Made by a program: the position numbers and the translations under genes. Positions 56,986-64,000 of a stretch of DNA of 64,000 nucleotides are shown piece after piece (the stretch's first letter is position 1; each line of letters begins with the position of its first letter). The DNA lies in the IMG/VR virus record IMGVR_UViG_3300033149_003004, positions 18,656 to 82,655 of that record; one strand, given 5' to 3'. The notes below the pieces were generated by a model. That model saw only the letters and a list, made by a program, of their open reading frames with translations. It searched no databases and was not told the DNA's origin. Origin of the DNA: a virus.

Positions 56986-58362
56986 ATGGTGAAGGTGAAC
57001 GAGGCAAAAATCTACCGCGAATTCTTGGCGAAGAAGATCCAGGTTGGGATCGATGCCGGATTCAAGCCCCTGTGGATACCAGATTTTCTGTTCGGCTTTC
57101 AGCAGCTATTGGTTGAGTGGGCGATCCGGAAGGGCCGTGGGGCTATCTTCGCCGATTGTGGGCTTGGCAAGACACCCATATCGTTGGTTTGGGCGGAAAA
57201 TGTGGCCCGGAAAACGAACCGCCCGGTGCTGATATTGACGCCGCTTGCTGTGGCGCAGCAGTTCGTCCGCGAGGGGAGGAAGTTTGGCATAGAAGTGAAA
57301 CTTGCCCGCGATGGTAAGGTGAGGAATGGCATTAACGTTGTCAACTACCAACGTCTTCATTATTTCAATCCTGGTGATTTCGCTGGCTTAGTCTGTGATG
57401 AATCTGGCGTGTTGAAACATTACGATTCCAGAACCAGGGCAAATGTTGTGAGGTTTGCGTCTGCAATTCCATATAGACTACTTGGCACAGCCACGCCGGC
57501 ACCCAATGACTACATGGAGCTTGGCAACTCATCGGAGGTCTTGGGCGTAATGCGACACGCCCAAATGCTAGCAATGTTCTTCGTGAACGACAGTGACACA
57601 GTACAGCAGTGGAGATTGCGAGGACATGCCCAGCGCCAATTCTGGCGGTGGCTCGCTGGATGGGCCCGTGCCGTGCGGAAGCCCAGCGATTTGGGATTCG
57701 AGGATGGCCCGTTCATCTTGCCGGAACTGACTGTAGAGCAGCATTTAGTTCAGAGTGGGCGAAAGCCCGAAGGCTTGTTCGTGCTGCCGGCTGTTACTTG
57801 GCGAGAGCAGAGACAGGAGCGAAATTCTACGATCCGAAGTCGTTGCGAGAAGGTAGCGGAGTTGGCTCCGCAGGATAGACCGTTCATCGCTTGGTGCCAT
57901 CTGAACGCTGAAGGGGATTTGCTGGAGAAGCTGATTCCCGATGCTGTGCAGGTCAAGGGGGCTGATAGTGATGATCGGAAGGAGTCGGTGTTGAGTGATT
58001 TCGCTGAGGGAAACCTGCGAGTGCTGGTGACGAAGCCGAAGATCGGCGGTTTTGGATTGAACTTCCAGCATTGCTCTGACCTGAGCTACTTCCCCTCCTA
58101 TTCGTTTGAGCAATGGTATCAGGTGGTTCGGCGGTGCTGGAGGTTCGGACAGCAGCGACAAGTGAGTGTATCAGTTGTGGCGACAGAGGCGGAATCCAGG
58201 GTGAGCGATGCTATGTGGAGGAAGGAAAGACAGTCTATAAGATTGTATGATTCGATAATAAGGGAAATGGGTGAATTTCAGACTGTCGAGAAAATGCCTG
58301 TGGATGATACTGCTTCGGTGGGAAGTGTGAAGCTGCCTGTATGGTTGGGGAGTAAGGAATGA
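56986..58362 (+). CDS. SF2 (SNF2-like) helicase
   Basis: DCGLGKT, CDES, TATPAPND, QVVRRCWRFGQ. Confidence 0.88.
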   Translation: MVKVNEAKIYREFLAKKIQVGIDAGFKPLWIPDFLFGFQQLLVEWAIRKGRGAIFADCGLGKTPISLVWAENVARKTNRPVLILTPLAVAQQFVREGRKFGIEVKLARDGKVRNGINVVNYQRLHYFNPGDFAGLVCDESGVLKHYDSRTRANVVRFASAIPYRLLGTATPAPNDYMELGNSSEVLGVMRHAQMLAMFFVNDSDTVQQWRLRGHAQRQFWRWLAGWARAVRKPSDLGFEDGPFILPELTVEQHLVQSGRKPEGLFVLPAVTWREQRQERNSTIRSRCEKVAELAPQDRPFIAWCHLNAEGDLLEKLIPDAVQVKGADSDDRKESVLSDFAEGNLRVLVTKPKIGGFGLNFQHCSDLSYFPSYSFEQWYQVVRRCWRFGQQRQVSVSVVATEAESRVSDAMWRKERQSIRLYDSIIREMGEFQTVEKMPVDDTASVGSVKLPVWLGSKE

Positions 58363-60320
58363 GCTCTATGCCAGTAAAGAAGCAGAAGGTGACGAAGGCT
58401 TTTGCTTTGTACTGCGGAGACTGCTGTGAAGTGCTACCGAATTTACCGGACGAATCTGTAGGGTTGTGTGTGTTCAGTCCGCCGTTTGCCGATTTGTATA
58501 CTTACACAGACGATCCGAAAGACATGAGCAATTGCCGATCCTACGACGAGTTTTTTGAACACTTCACATTTTTGGTGGAGCAACTGGAGCGGCTGATGAT
58601 GCCAGGTAGGATAGTTGCTGTTCATTGTATGGAGTTGTCATTGCACAAGTCTCGCGGAGAGGAAATTGGTATCAGGGACTTTCCCGGAGACATCGTACGA
58701 TGCTTTCTACGATTTGATTTCGTACAACACTCTCCTAGGATAACGATCTGGAAGGATCCATTGACAGCCGCTGTGCGAACGAAGGCGATCGGGTTGGCAC
58801 ACAAGCAAATCATCAAGGATTCGGCGTTTTGTCGCACTGGGATTCCGGATTACGTGATTGCATTTCGCAAACGCGGGGAGAATAGCGTTCCAGTGAAGCA
58901 CGAGCGAGGATTGACAGAGTACTATGGTTCCAGAAAAGTCCCTACTAAGCTGGATCGTTATCTCGTCGAAGATGTGGAGCAGAAGCATAATAAGCGTTCG
59001 CATTGGATATGGCAGCAGTATGCCAGCCCGGTATGGTCTGATATCCGGCAAACCTATGTGCTGGAGTATCGAGAAGCTAGGGACGGTGATGACGAGAAGC
59101 ATATATGCCTCGCTAGGGATAGCAGGGTGTTGGTGAAGAAGCGGGGATATGTGCCGATTCAGTTAGTGGAAACTAGTGATCGTGTCTTAACGCATAAGGG
59201 AAGGTGGCGGCGAGTGTTGGCTGTTGAATGTACCGGGATTAACCCAGTAGTTACAGTTCGTTCACAAGGAGTGCCCGGATTGACCGTTACTCCGGATCAT
59301 AAGTTGTGGGCCAGGAAATCTGATTGGATCCGGCAGCGTGATGGAGCGGAACGTGTGGATGCTACGTGGGTCGAAGCAGAGAATTGTTTGGGAAGTTATC
59401 TTAATTTGAAATTGCCGGAGGAAGAGGAGCCAATTAACCTCAATCCTCTGCATTGGTGGATAGTAGGTCGGTGGCTTGCTGATGGATGCTGGGGTGCTAA
59501 GGGAGAGGCGTTGATTGGTTGTGGTTACCATGAGTTAGGTAAATTGATCGACTGCTTGGGCGATCATGCTGGGACCGTCAGCGATTGCGGAACTGCAAAT
59601 CAGATTAGGTTGCGAGATCGGGGTGGTAAGGTTAGAGCTATTTTGGAGCGTTGTGGCATCGGAGCCGTTGGGAAGCATCTCCCTCCGGGGGCATTCACGT
59701 TGCCGTCGCGTTTGGCAAAATCGCTAGTCGATGGCTACCTCTCTGGGGATGGGCATTTGTTGGAGGATCGGCAGAGATGGACGGCCAGTAGCGTCAGCCG
59801 CGATCTTTTGATGGGCCTGGCTATGTTGATCCAGAGAGCTTACGGAAGTATTGCCAGTGTTTACGCGGGACGGCCTGCTAGGGAAGGCATGATCGAAGGA
59901 AGGCTTGTTCAATGCGAGCAAGAGTGGATATTGTCATTCGATTTGGTTGGGGATGGTCGACGCAAGCGGCAATTCATCGTAAATGATGGAGCCTGGAAAA
60001 AGGTTCGATCTGTCGAGGATGCTGGTCGATGTGAAACGTGGAATCTTAGGGTTGAGGAAGACGAAAGCTATACGGCAGAAGGGTGTGTCGTAAAAAACTG
60101 TCCACTACAGCTGGATGTGATCGAACGCTGTGTCGCATTGTGGAGTGCGAGAGGGGATGTTGTGCTGAGTCCCTTTATGGGAGTTGGCTCCGAGGTCTAC
60201 GTCGCTGTGAAGAATCATAGAAAGGCTATCGGCGTCGAATTGAAAGAGTCCTACTTCGACCAGGCTCTAAAGAATCTTGAGAGTTTAAGACGTTCTAGAG
60301 AGGTAAGGCTTAAGCCATGA
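58359..60320 (+). CDS. N4/N6 DNA methyltransferase with intein
   Basis: FSPPF, DVVLSPFMGVGSE, GVELKESYF; EKHI/CPLQL split by the intein. Confidence 0.9.
   Translation: MSSMPVKKQKVTKAFALYCGDCCEVLPNLPDESVGLCVFSPPFADLYTYTDDPKDMSNCRSYDEFFEHFTFLVEQLERLMMPGRIVAVHCMELSLHKSRGEEIGIRDFPGDIVRCFLRFDFVQHSPRITIWKDPLTAAVRTKAIGLAHKQIIKDSAFCRTGIPDYVIAFRKRGENSVPVKHERGLTEYYGSRKVPTKLDRYLVEDVEQKHNKRSHWIWQQYASPVWSDIRQTYVLEYREARDGDDEKHICLARDSRVLVKKRGYVPIQLVETSDRVLTHKGRWRRVLAVECTGINPVVTVRSQGVPGLTVTPDHKLWARKSDWIRQRDGAERVDATWVEAENCLGSYLNLKLPEEEEPINLNPLHWWIVGRWLADGCWGAKGEALIGCGYHELGKLIDCLGDHAGTVSDCGTANQIRLRDRGGKVRAILERCGIGAVGKHLPPGAFTLPSRLAKSLVDGYLSGDGHLLEDRQRWTASSVSRDLLMGLAMLIQRAYGSIASVYAGRPAREGMIEGRLVQCEQEWILSFDLVGDGRRKRQFIVNDGAWKKVRSVEDAGRCETWNLRVEEDESYTAEGCVVKNCPLQLDVIERCVALWSARGDVVLSPFMGVGSEVYVAVKNHRKAIGVELKESYFDQALKNLESLRRSREVRLKP
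59106..60098 (+). mobile_element. Intein (331 aa) with in-frame LAGLIDADG endonuclease
   Basis: CLARDSRV, VTPDHKLW, GRWLADG, GYLSGDG, WNLRVEEDESY..VVKN then Cys+1. Confidence 0.93.
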
Positions 60321-61834
60321 CGGAAGAACTCTATAAACGATATCGTCCGGCGAACTTCGGGGAAGTGATCGGGCAAGACGACGTGGTTCGGCAGTTGGTC
60401 GACTTCGGCCGAAGGCGACAAATACCTCACTTCTTACTGCTTGTTGGGCCTAGCGGTACGGGCAAAACGACGGTAGCTAGGATTCTCCGTAAGAAGATGG
60501 GCTGCGGGGATGTGGACTACAGGGAGATCAATGCCAGCGACTATCGCGGGATCGACATGGTGCGGGAGATTCGCTCCAACATGTCGTTGGCTCCGATCTC
60601 CGGCAAGTGCAGGATGTGGATGATTGATGAATGCTTCCCGGCTGGCACGGTGGTTTCGGTTGTGGGTGGGAAGAAGCCTATTGAGCGGGTACAGATGGGA
60701 GACCGAGTTTATACTGTAGATGGTATCTCTTGTGTCAAAAAAGTGTTTCAGAATGCAGTTACTTTGGATCGGCTTGTGCGATTGCATTTCAGTGATGGCA
60801 GGACGATTGTTACTACACGACAACACAGATTTTTGACGGAGGAAGGTTGGGTTGAGGCTGGTGATCTGGATATTGGATTGGGTATTTATAGAGTTGGCGA
60901 TTCCGACAAGGGTTCCGAAAGGCATGGGATATCCGACTTGCTACAAAGCCGACATTGGGAGCAGGAAACGCAGATTGGTAATCGAGGTCGATGGGAATGG
61001 CCATCGGTCGAAAAAGGCTATATCGCTAGACAGAAAGAAAACCCATCGGCTCGAGCAGTTAGGGTGGACTGTGTTGAGATTTACAAACCAGGATGTAATG
61101 ATGAATCTTTCGCGGGTGTTGTCGGAGATTCAGAGCGTCGTTCAGGTTTGGTGACGTTCTATGATTTGCAGGTTGCTGGTCACCCATCCTATTTTGTAGA
61201 AGGATTGCCTGTGCACAATTGCCATCAGCTTACTTCGGATGCTCAGAATGGACTCCTTAAGATCTTGGAAGACACTCCACCTCATTGTTATTTTGTCCTG
61301 TCCACAACTGACCCGCAAAAGCTCAAGCGGACGATTATTACGCGAGCAACACAACTCAACTTTCGCTTGTTGTCAAGTAAGGATCTGAGGCAGGTGATTG
61401 ATGACGTAGTAGAGAAAGAGAAGACATCGCTGTCTGACGAAGTCATGGATCGACTGGTTGATGTTGCGGAAGGCTCGGCGCGCAAAGCACTAGTTTTGCT
61501 CCATTCGATAATAGGGATGAAGACGGAGGACGATCAATTACAAGCGATAGCCAAAGGGGACTTCAAAGCGAAGTCGATTGAGCTAGCAAGGCTTTTGATG
61601 AAGCCTGGGGCGAATTGGGCGGAAGTCTCTGCTCTGCTGAAGGGGATGGACGAGGAGGTGGAGCAGATGCGATACATGGTGTTGGGCTATTGCCGATCCG
61701 TGCTGCTCGGAGGGGGAAGGATGGCGAGGCGGGCTGCTGCTGTGATTGACCGCTTCCAGGATGCGATGTATGAATCCAAAGCTGCTGGCTTCGCTTTGGC
61801 TTGTTGGGATGTACTGAATCCACCGAGGGAATAG
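60317..61834 (+). CDS. dnaX: DnaX/clamp-loader-like AAA+ protein with intein
   Basis: LYKRYRP.NF.EVIGQ, GPSGTGKTT, IDE/CHQL, LLKILE, GSARKA. Confidence 0.9.
   Translation: MTEELYKRYRPANFGEVIGQDDVVRQLVDFGRRRQIPHFLLLVGPSGTGKTTVARILRKKMGCGDVDYREINASDYRGIDMVREIRSNMSLAPISGKCRMWMIDECFPAGTVVSVVGGKKPIERVQMGDRVYTVDGISCVKKVFQNAVTLDRLVRLHFSDGRTIVTTRQHRFLTEEGWVEAGDLDIGLGIYRVGDSDKGSERHGISDLLQSRHWEQETQIGNRGRWEWPSVEKGYIARQKENPSARAVRVDCVEIYKPGCNDESFAGVVGDSERRSGLVTFYDLQVAGHPSYFVEGLPVHNCHQLTSDAQNGLLKILEDTPPHCYFVLSTTDPQKLKRTIITRATQLNFRLLSSKDLRQVIDDVVEKEKTSLSDEVMDRLVDVAEGSARKALVLLHSIIGMKTEDDQLQAIAKGDFKAKSIELARLLMKPGANWAEVSALLKGMDEEVEQMRYMVLGYCRSVLLGGGRMARRAAAVIDRFQDAMYESKAAGFALACWDVLNPPRE
60632..61219 (+). mobile_element. 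Intein (196 aa) at the Walker B site, with +1-frame endonuclease
   Basis: CFPAGTVV, TTRQHRFLT, FYDLQVAGHPSYFVEGLPVHN then Cys+1. Confidence 0.93.
60852..61154 (+). CDS. DUF559/Vsr-like endonuclease in the +1 frame inside the DnaX intein
   Basis: YKADIG..RLVIEVDGNGH..DRKKT..LEQLGWTVLRFTNQDV; GGAGG 9 nt before TTG. Confidence 0.8.
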   Translation: MRLVIWILDWVFIELAIPTRVPKGMGYPTCYKADIGSRKRRLVIEVDGNGHRSKKAISLDRKKTHRLEQLGWTVLRFTNQDVMMNLSRVLSEIQSVVQVW

Positions 61835-61838
61835 TGTA

Positions 61839-62036
61839 ATGACGAAAGCTGAAGTGAGTTACTCGCTAACGAGAACGCTGAATATGGGAAACTACGAATC
61901 GACGAAGATCCATGTCGGATTGTCGTTGGAATGCGAGGGATCGAAAGAGGAAATCGATCGGGCGTTCGAGAGGACAAAGCACTTTGTGGAGACTAAGATA
62001 GCGGTCCAGGAACACGAATGGGAGGCGGGAGAATGA
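61839..62036 (+). CDS. Hypothetical protein
   Basis: TLNMGNYES motif, GAGG RBS. Confidence 0.6.
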   Translation: MTKAEVSYSLTRTLNMGNYESTKIHVGLSLECEGSKEEIDRAFERTKHFVETKIAVQEHEWEAGE

Positions 62037-62527
62037 TGGACCAAGAAGGCGTGGGCGGTTCGATCTTGGAGATCGACGAGTACAATTTGGAGCAGGAGTG
62101 GAGTCGGCAACCGAAACTGTTTTTTGAATGGGCGAAGAAAGCGGCGGACTCCCGCTTGAAAATGGATGAGGCGAAAACAGCAGTGGAGATAACGAGGGCA
62201 GAAGTAGATAGCGAAGTAAGGGCCAATCCGGCTCGATTCGGCATTGAAGGCAGGATCACAGAGAAAGTCGTAGAGGCTGCTGTGTGCCAATCGTCTCGCT
62301 ATGCTGGTGCCGTTCGGAAATTGGGTGTGGCAAAGCACAGATATGATGTGCTCTCCGCTTTAGTGTCGGCTTTGGAACAGCGGAAGTCGGCTTTGGAGAA
62401 CCTCGTGCGGTTGTACCTATCGAATTACTACTCGGAACCGAAAGCGCCGAAAGATTGCAAGGAGGAACTGGAAGAGATGCAGAAAGATCGGGCATTCCGC
62501 CCGCGTCGGAGAAGAGAAGATGATTGA
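62033..62527 (+). CDS. UvsY-like recombination mediator (putative)
   Basis: LEIDEYNL..E..RQP, ITEKVVEA, ALEQRKSALENLV; upstream of SSB. Confidence 0.6.
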   Translation: MMDQEGVGGSILEIDEYNLEQEWSRQPKLFFEWAKKAADSRLKMDEAKTAVEITRAEVDSEVRANPARFGIEGRITEKVVEAAVCQSSRYAGAVRKLGVAKHRYDVLSALVSALEQRKSALENLVRLYLSNYYSEPKAPKDCKEELEEMQKDRAFRPRRRREDD

Positions 62528-62720
62528 GAAAATAGTGTGGATCGTGCTGTTTGTGCTGTGCTTTCCGTGGCTTGTATTCGTCTCGGTGAAGCTTGGCACG
62601 TATGCATTTTTCAGAGGCAAGAATCTGTTCGAGCAAGAGGAGAAATGTAATGGGGAGAAGCAGAAAATCGATGAAGCGAGTGAGTGCGAAGCGATGGCGA
62701 GAAGAAATCCGGGGAGGTAG
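62520..62720 (+). CDS. Small membrane protein
   Basis: N-terminal hydrophobic helix. Confidence 0.4.
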   Translation: MIEKIVWIVLFVLCFPWLVFVSVKLGTYAFFRGKNLFEQEEKCNGEKQKIDEASECEAMARRNPGR

Positions 62721-63825
62721 CAACTATCTGCAATTGCCGGAGGGGGTGAAGTTCTTCCTTGGCAAGCCTGGCACGTACCGATTGGATTTCATGAGCTACA
62801 TTGCGGGCAAAGGCAATCCGCGGGCGGAAGAGGGTGAGGCGTACTTCGAGCGAACTTTCTTCGTTCACCAAGGCGTCGGGCCGAACCAGGATTGGTACCT
62901 ATGCCCGGCCCGCACGATGAAGAAACCGTGTCCGATCTGCGAGCACCGATCGAAGCTTTCAGCCGATCCGGAAGGGGATGAGCAGTTGATCAAGTCGCTG
63001 GCTCCGAAGGAACGGCAGCTTTGGATCGTGAAGGATTTGTTGAACGATCCGGATTCGATCTTGATCTGGGAAGTGAGCTATCACTTGTTTGGTAGGGCAT
63101 TGAAAGACAAAATCAACAATGCCGACGAGGAGGATGGCTACGATTTCTTCGCCGATCCGGTCGACGGATTCACGTTGCGTGTAGCGTTGCAGCAATCGGA
63201 TAGAGGCAAGTGGACTGAAACGGCCGACATCGAATTCCGCCCGCGCAAGCAGAAGTATGATCCGGAGATTGTCGAAGAGATGCCTTGTCTGGATGATATG
63301 ATTGTGGCTACTCCATACGACAAGCTCAAGGCTGTCTTCTTACAGACTGATGAGGATCAAGAGGATGTTGAAGACGAAGGATTTGAAGAGAAGGAAAAGA
63401 AGAGGCGTTCTCCGAAATCGAAGGCTCTCGACGAGAGCGTAGCTGAAGAGAAAGAGGAACGGTCTTCTCGAAAGAAGACGAGACGCTGCGAATTGTCGGC
63501 TGGCGACGAAGTGTGGTATAAGGGAGAGCGCTGTGAGGTGCTGCGAGTGTCTGGTGACGGTACGAGCTTGACACTCGAAGATTCGGAGGGCGAGATTCTC
63601 AAGGCTGTGGACTTTGAAGACGTGGAGATGGAAGAGGCGAAGGAACCGTCGAAGGCGGAGAGGGAGGAAGTAGATGACGATTGGGATGATTGGGATGATG
63701 GACCCGAGCAGAAGAAGCGGAAGGGTACGTCTAGCAAAAGGCGGGCCGAAGAAGAGAAAGACGAGTCGAAACCGAAGCCGAAGAGATCGAAGAAGGTCGA
63801 TGATGACTGGGATGACTGGGATTGA
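62650..63825 (+). CDS. gp32-like single-stranded DNA-binding protein
   Basis: VH...LCP..CPIC Zn site, DPVDG, acidic DDDWDDWD tail. Confidence 0.75.
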   Translation: MGRSRKSMKRVSAKRWREEIRGGSNYLQLPEGVKFFLGKPGTYRLDFMSYIAGKGNPRAEEGEAYFERTFFVHQGVGPNQDWYLCPARTMKKPCPICEHRSKLSADPEGDEQLIKSLAPKERQLWIVKDLLNDPDSILIWEVSYHLFGRALKDKINNADEEDGYDFFADPVDGFTLRVALQQSDRGKWTETADIEFRPRKQKYDPEIVEEMPCLDDMIVATPYDKLKAVFLQTDEDQEDVEDEGFEEKEKKRRSPKSKALDESVAEEKEERSSRKKTRRCELSAGDEVWYKGERCEVLRVSGDGTSLTLEDSEGEILKAVDFEDVEMEEAKEPSKAEREEVDDDWDDWDDGPEQKKRKGTSSKRRAEEEKDESKPKPKRSKKVDDDWDDWD

Positions 63826-63871
63826 GATTGGTCCCGCCGTTCTGGATAAGCGGTTAGCTACTGTCATGTCA

Positions 63872-64000
63872 CCGGCAGACTTTCCGAAACCTGGCCGGAA
63901 GTCAAAAGTCTTGGCTGTCACCGGCAGAGTTTTCAAAACCTGGCCGGAAGTCAAAAGTCTTGGCTGTCACCGGCAGAGTTTTCAAAACCTGGCCGGAAGT
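63872..64000 (+). repeat. 49-bp tandem repeat array B (runs off the window)
   Basis: Units at 63872, 63921, 63970; same family as 49436-49545. Confidence 0.9.

Noticed and set aside
59106-60098. MTase intein as novel
   Set aside because: Conventional in-frame LAGLIDADG intein; only the KN ending is mildly atypical
1-64000. Alternative genetic code, tRNA or rRNA genes
   Set aside because: Conserved genes are intact in the standard code and use all three stops; no tRNA cloverleaf or rRNA recognised by eye

Overview
A 64-kb segment of a large tailed dsDNA phage with an HK97-type head and a likely long non-contractile tail. The host is probably a Planctomycetota member, inferred from the CsrA, RimI and AAA/DUF1257/DUF2997-type genes. 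No terminase, integrase or RNA genes were recognised. Almost all real genes are on the + strand. Layout: head and neck genes (0.3-16.6 kb); tail genes with a -1 frameshifted chaperone and tape measure (16.6-26.3 kb); a ~9-kb glycan-modification cluster (26.3-35.6 kb); an early region of repeat-led gene cassettes behind a sigma70 promoter (36-42 kb); and replication genes (42-64 kb: helicases, primase, initiator, beta-clamp, split UDG/exo + PolA, MTase, DnaX, SSB). Most notable: (1) two of three inteins hide a Vsr/DUF559-type endonuclease gene in another reading frame. One is fully antisense with its own apparent promoter and RBS inside the intein, the other is in the +1 frame. (2) Three poly-Ser proteins in the structural region co-occur with a Maf-like transferase, KdsB, and glycosyl-, methyl- and sulfotransferases, a candidate virion O-glycosylation system. 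(3) A phage CsrA missed by the ORF track co-occurs with textbook CANGGANG hairpins in the early-gene leaders. All family assignments come from motif recognition by eye; no database searches were run.
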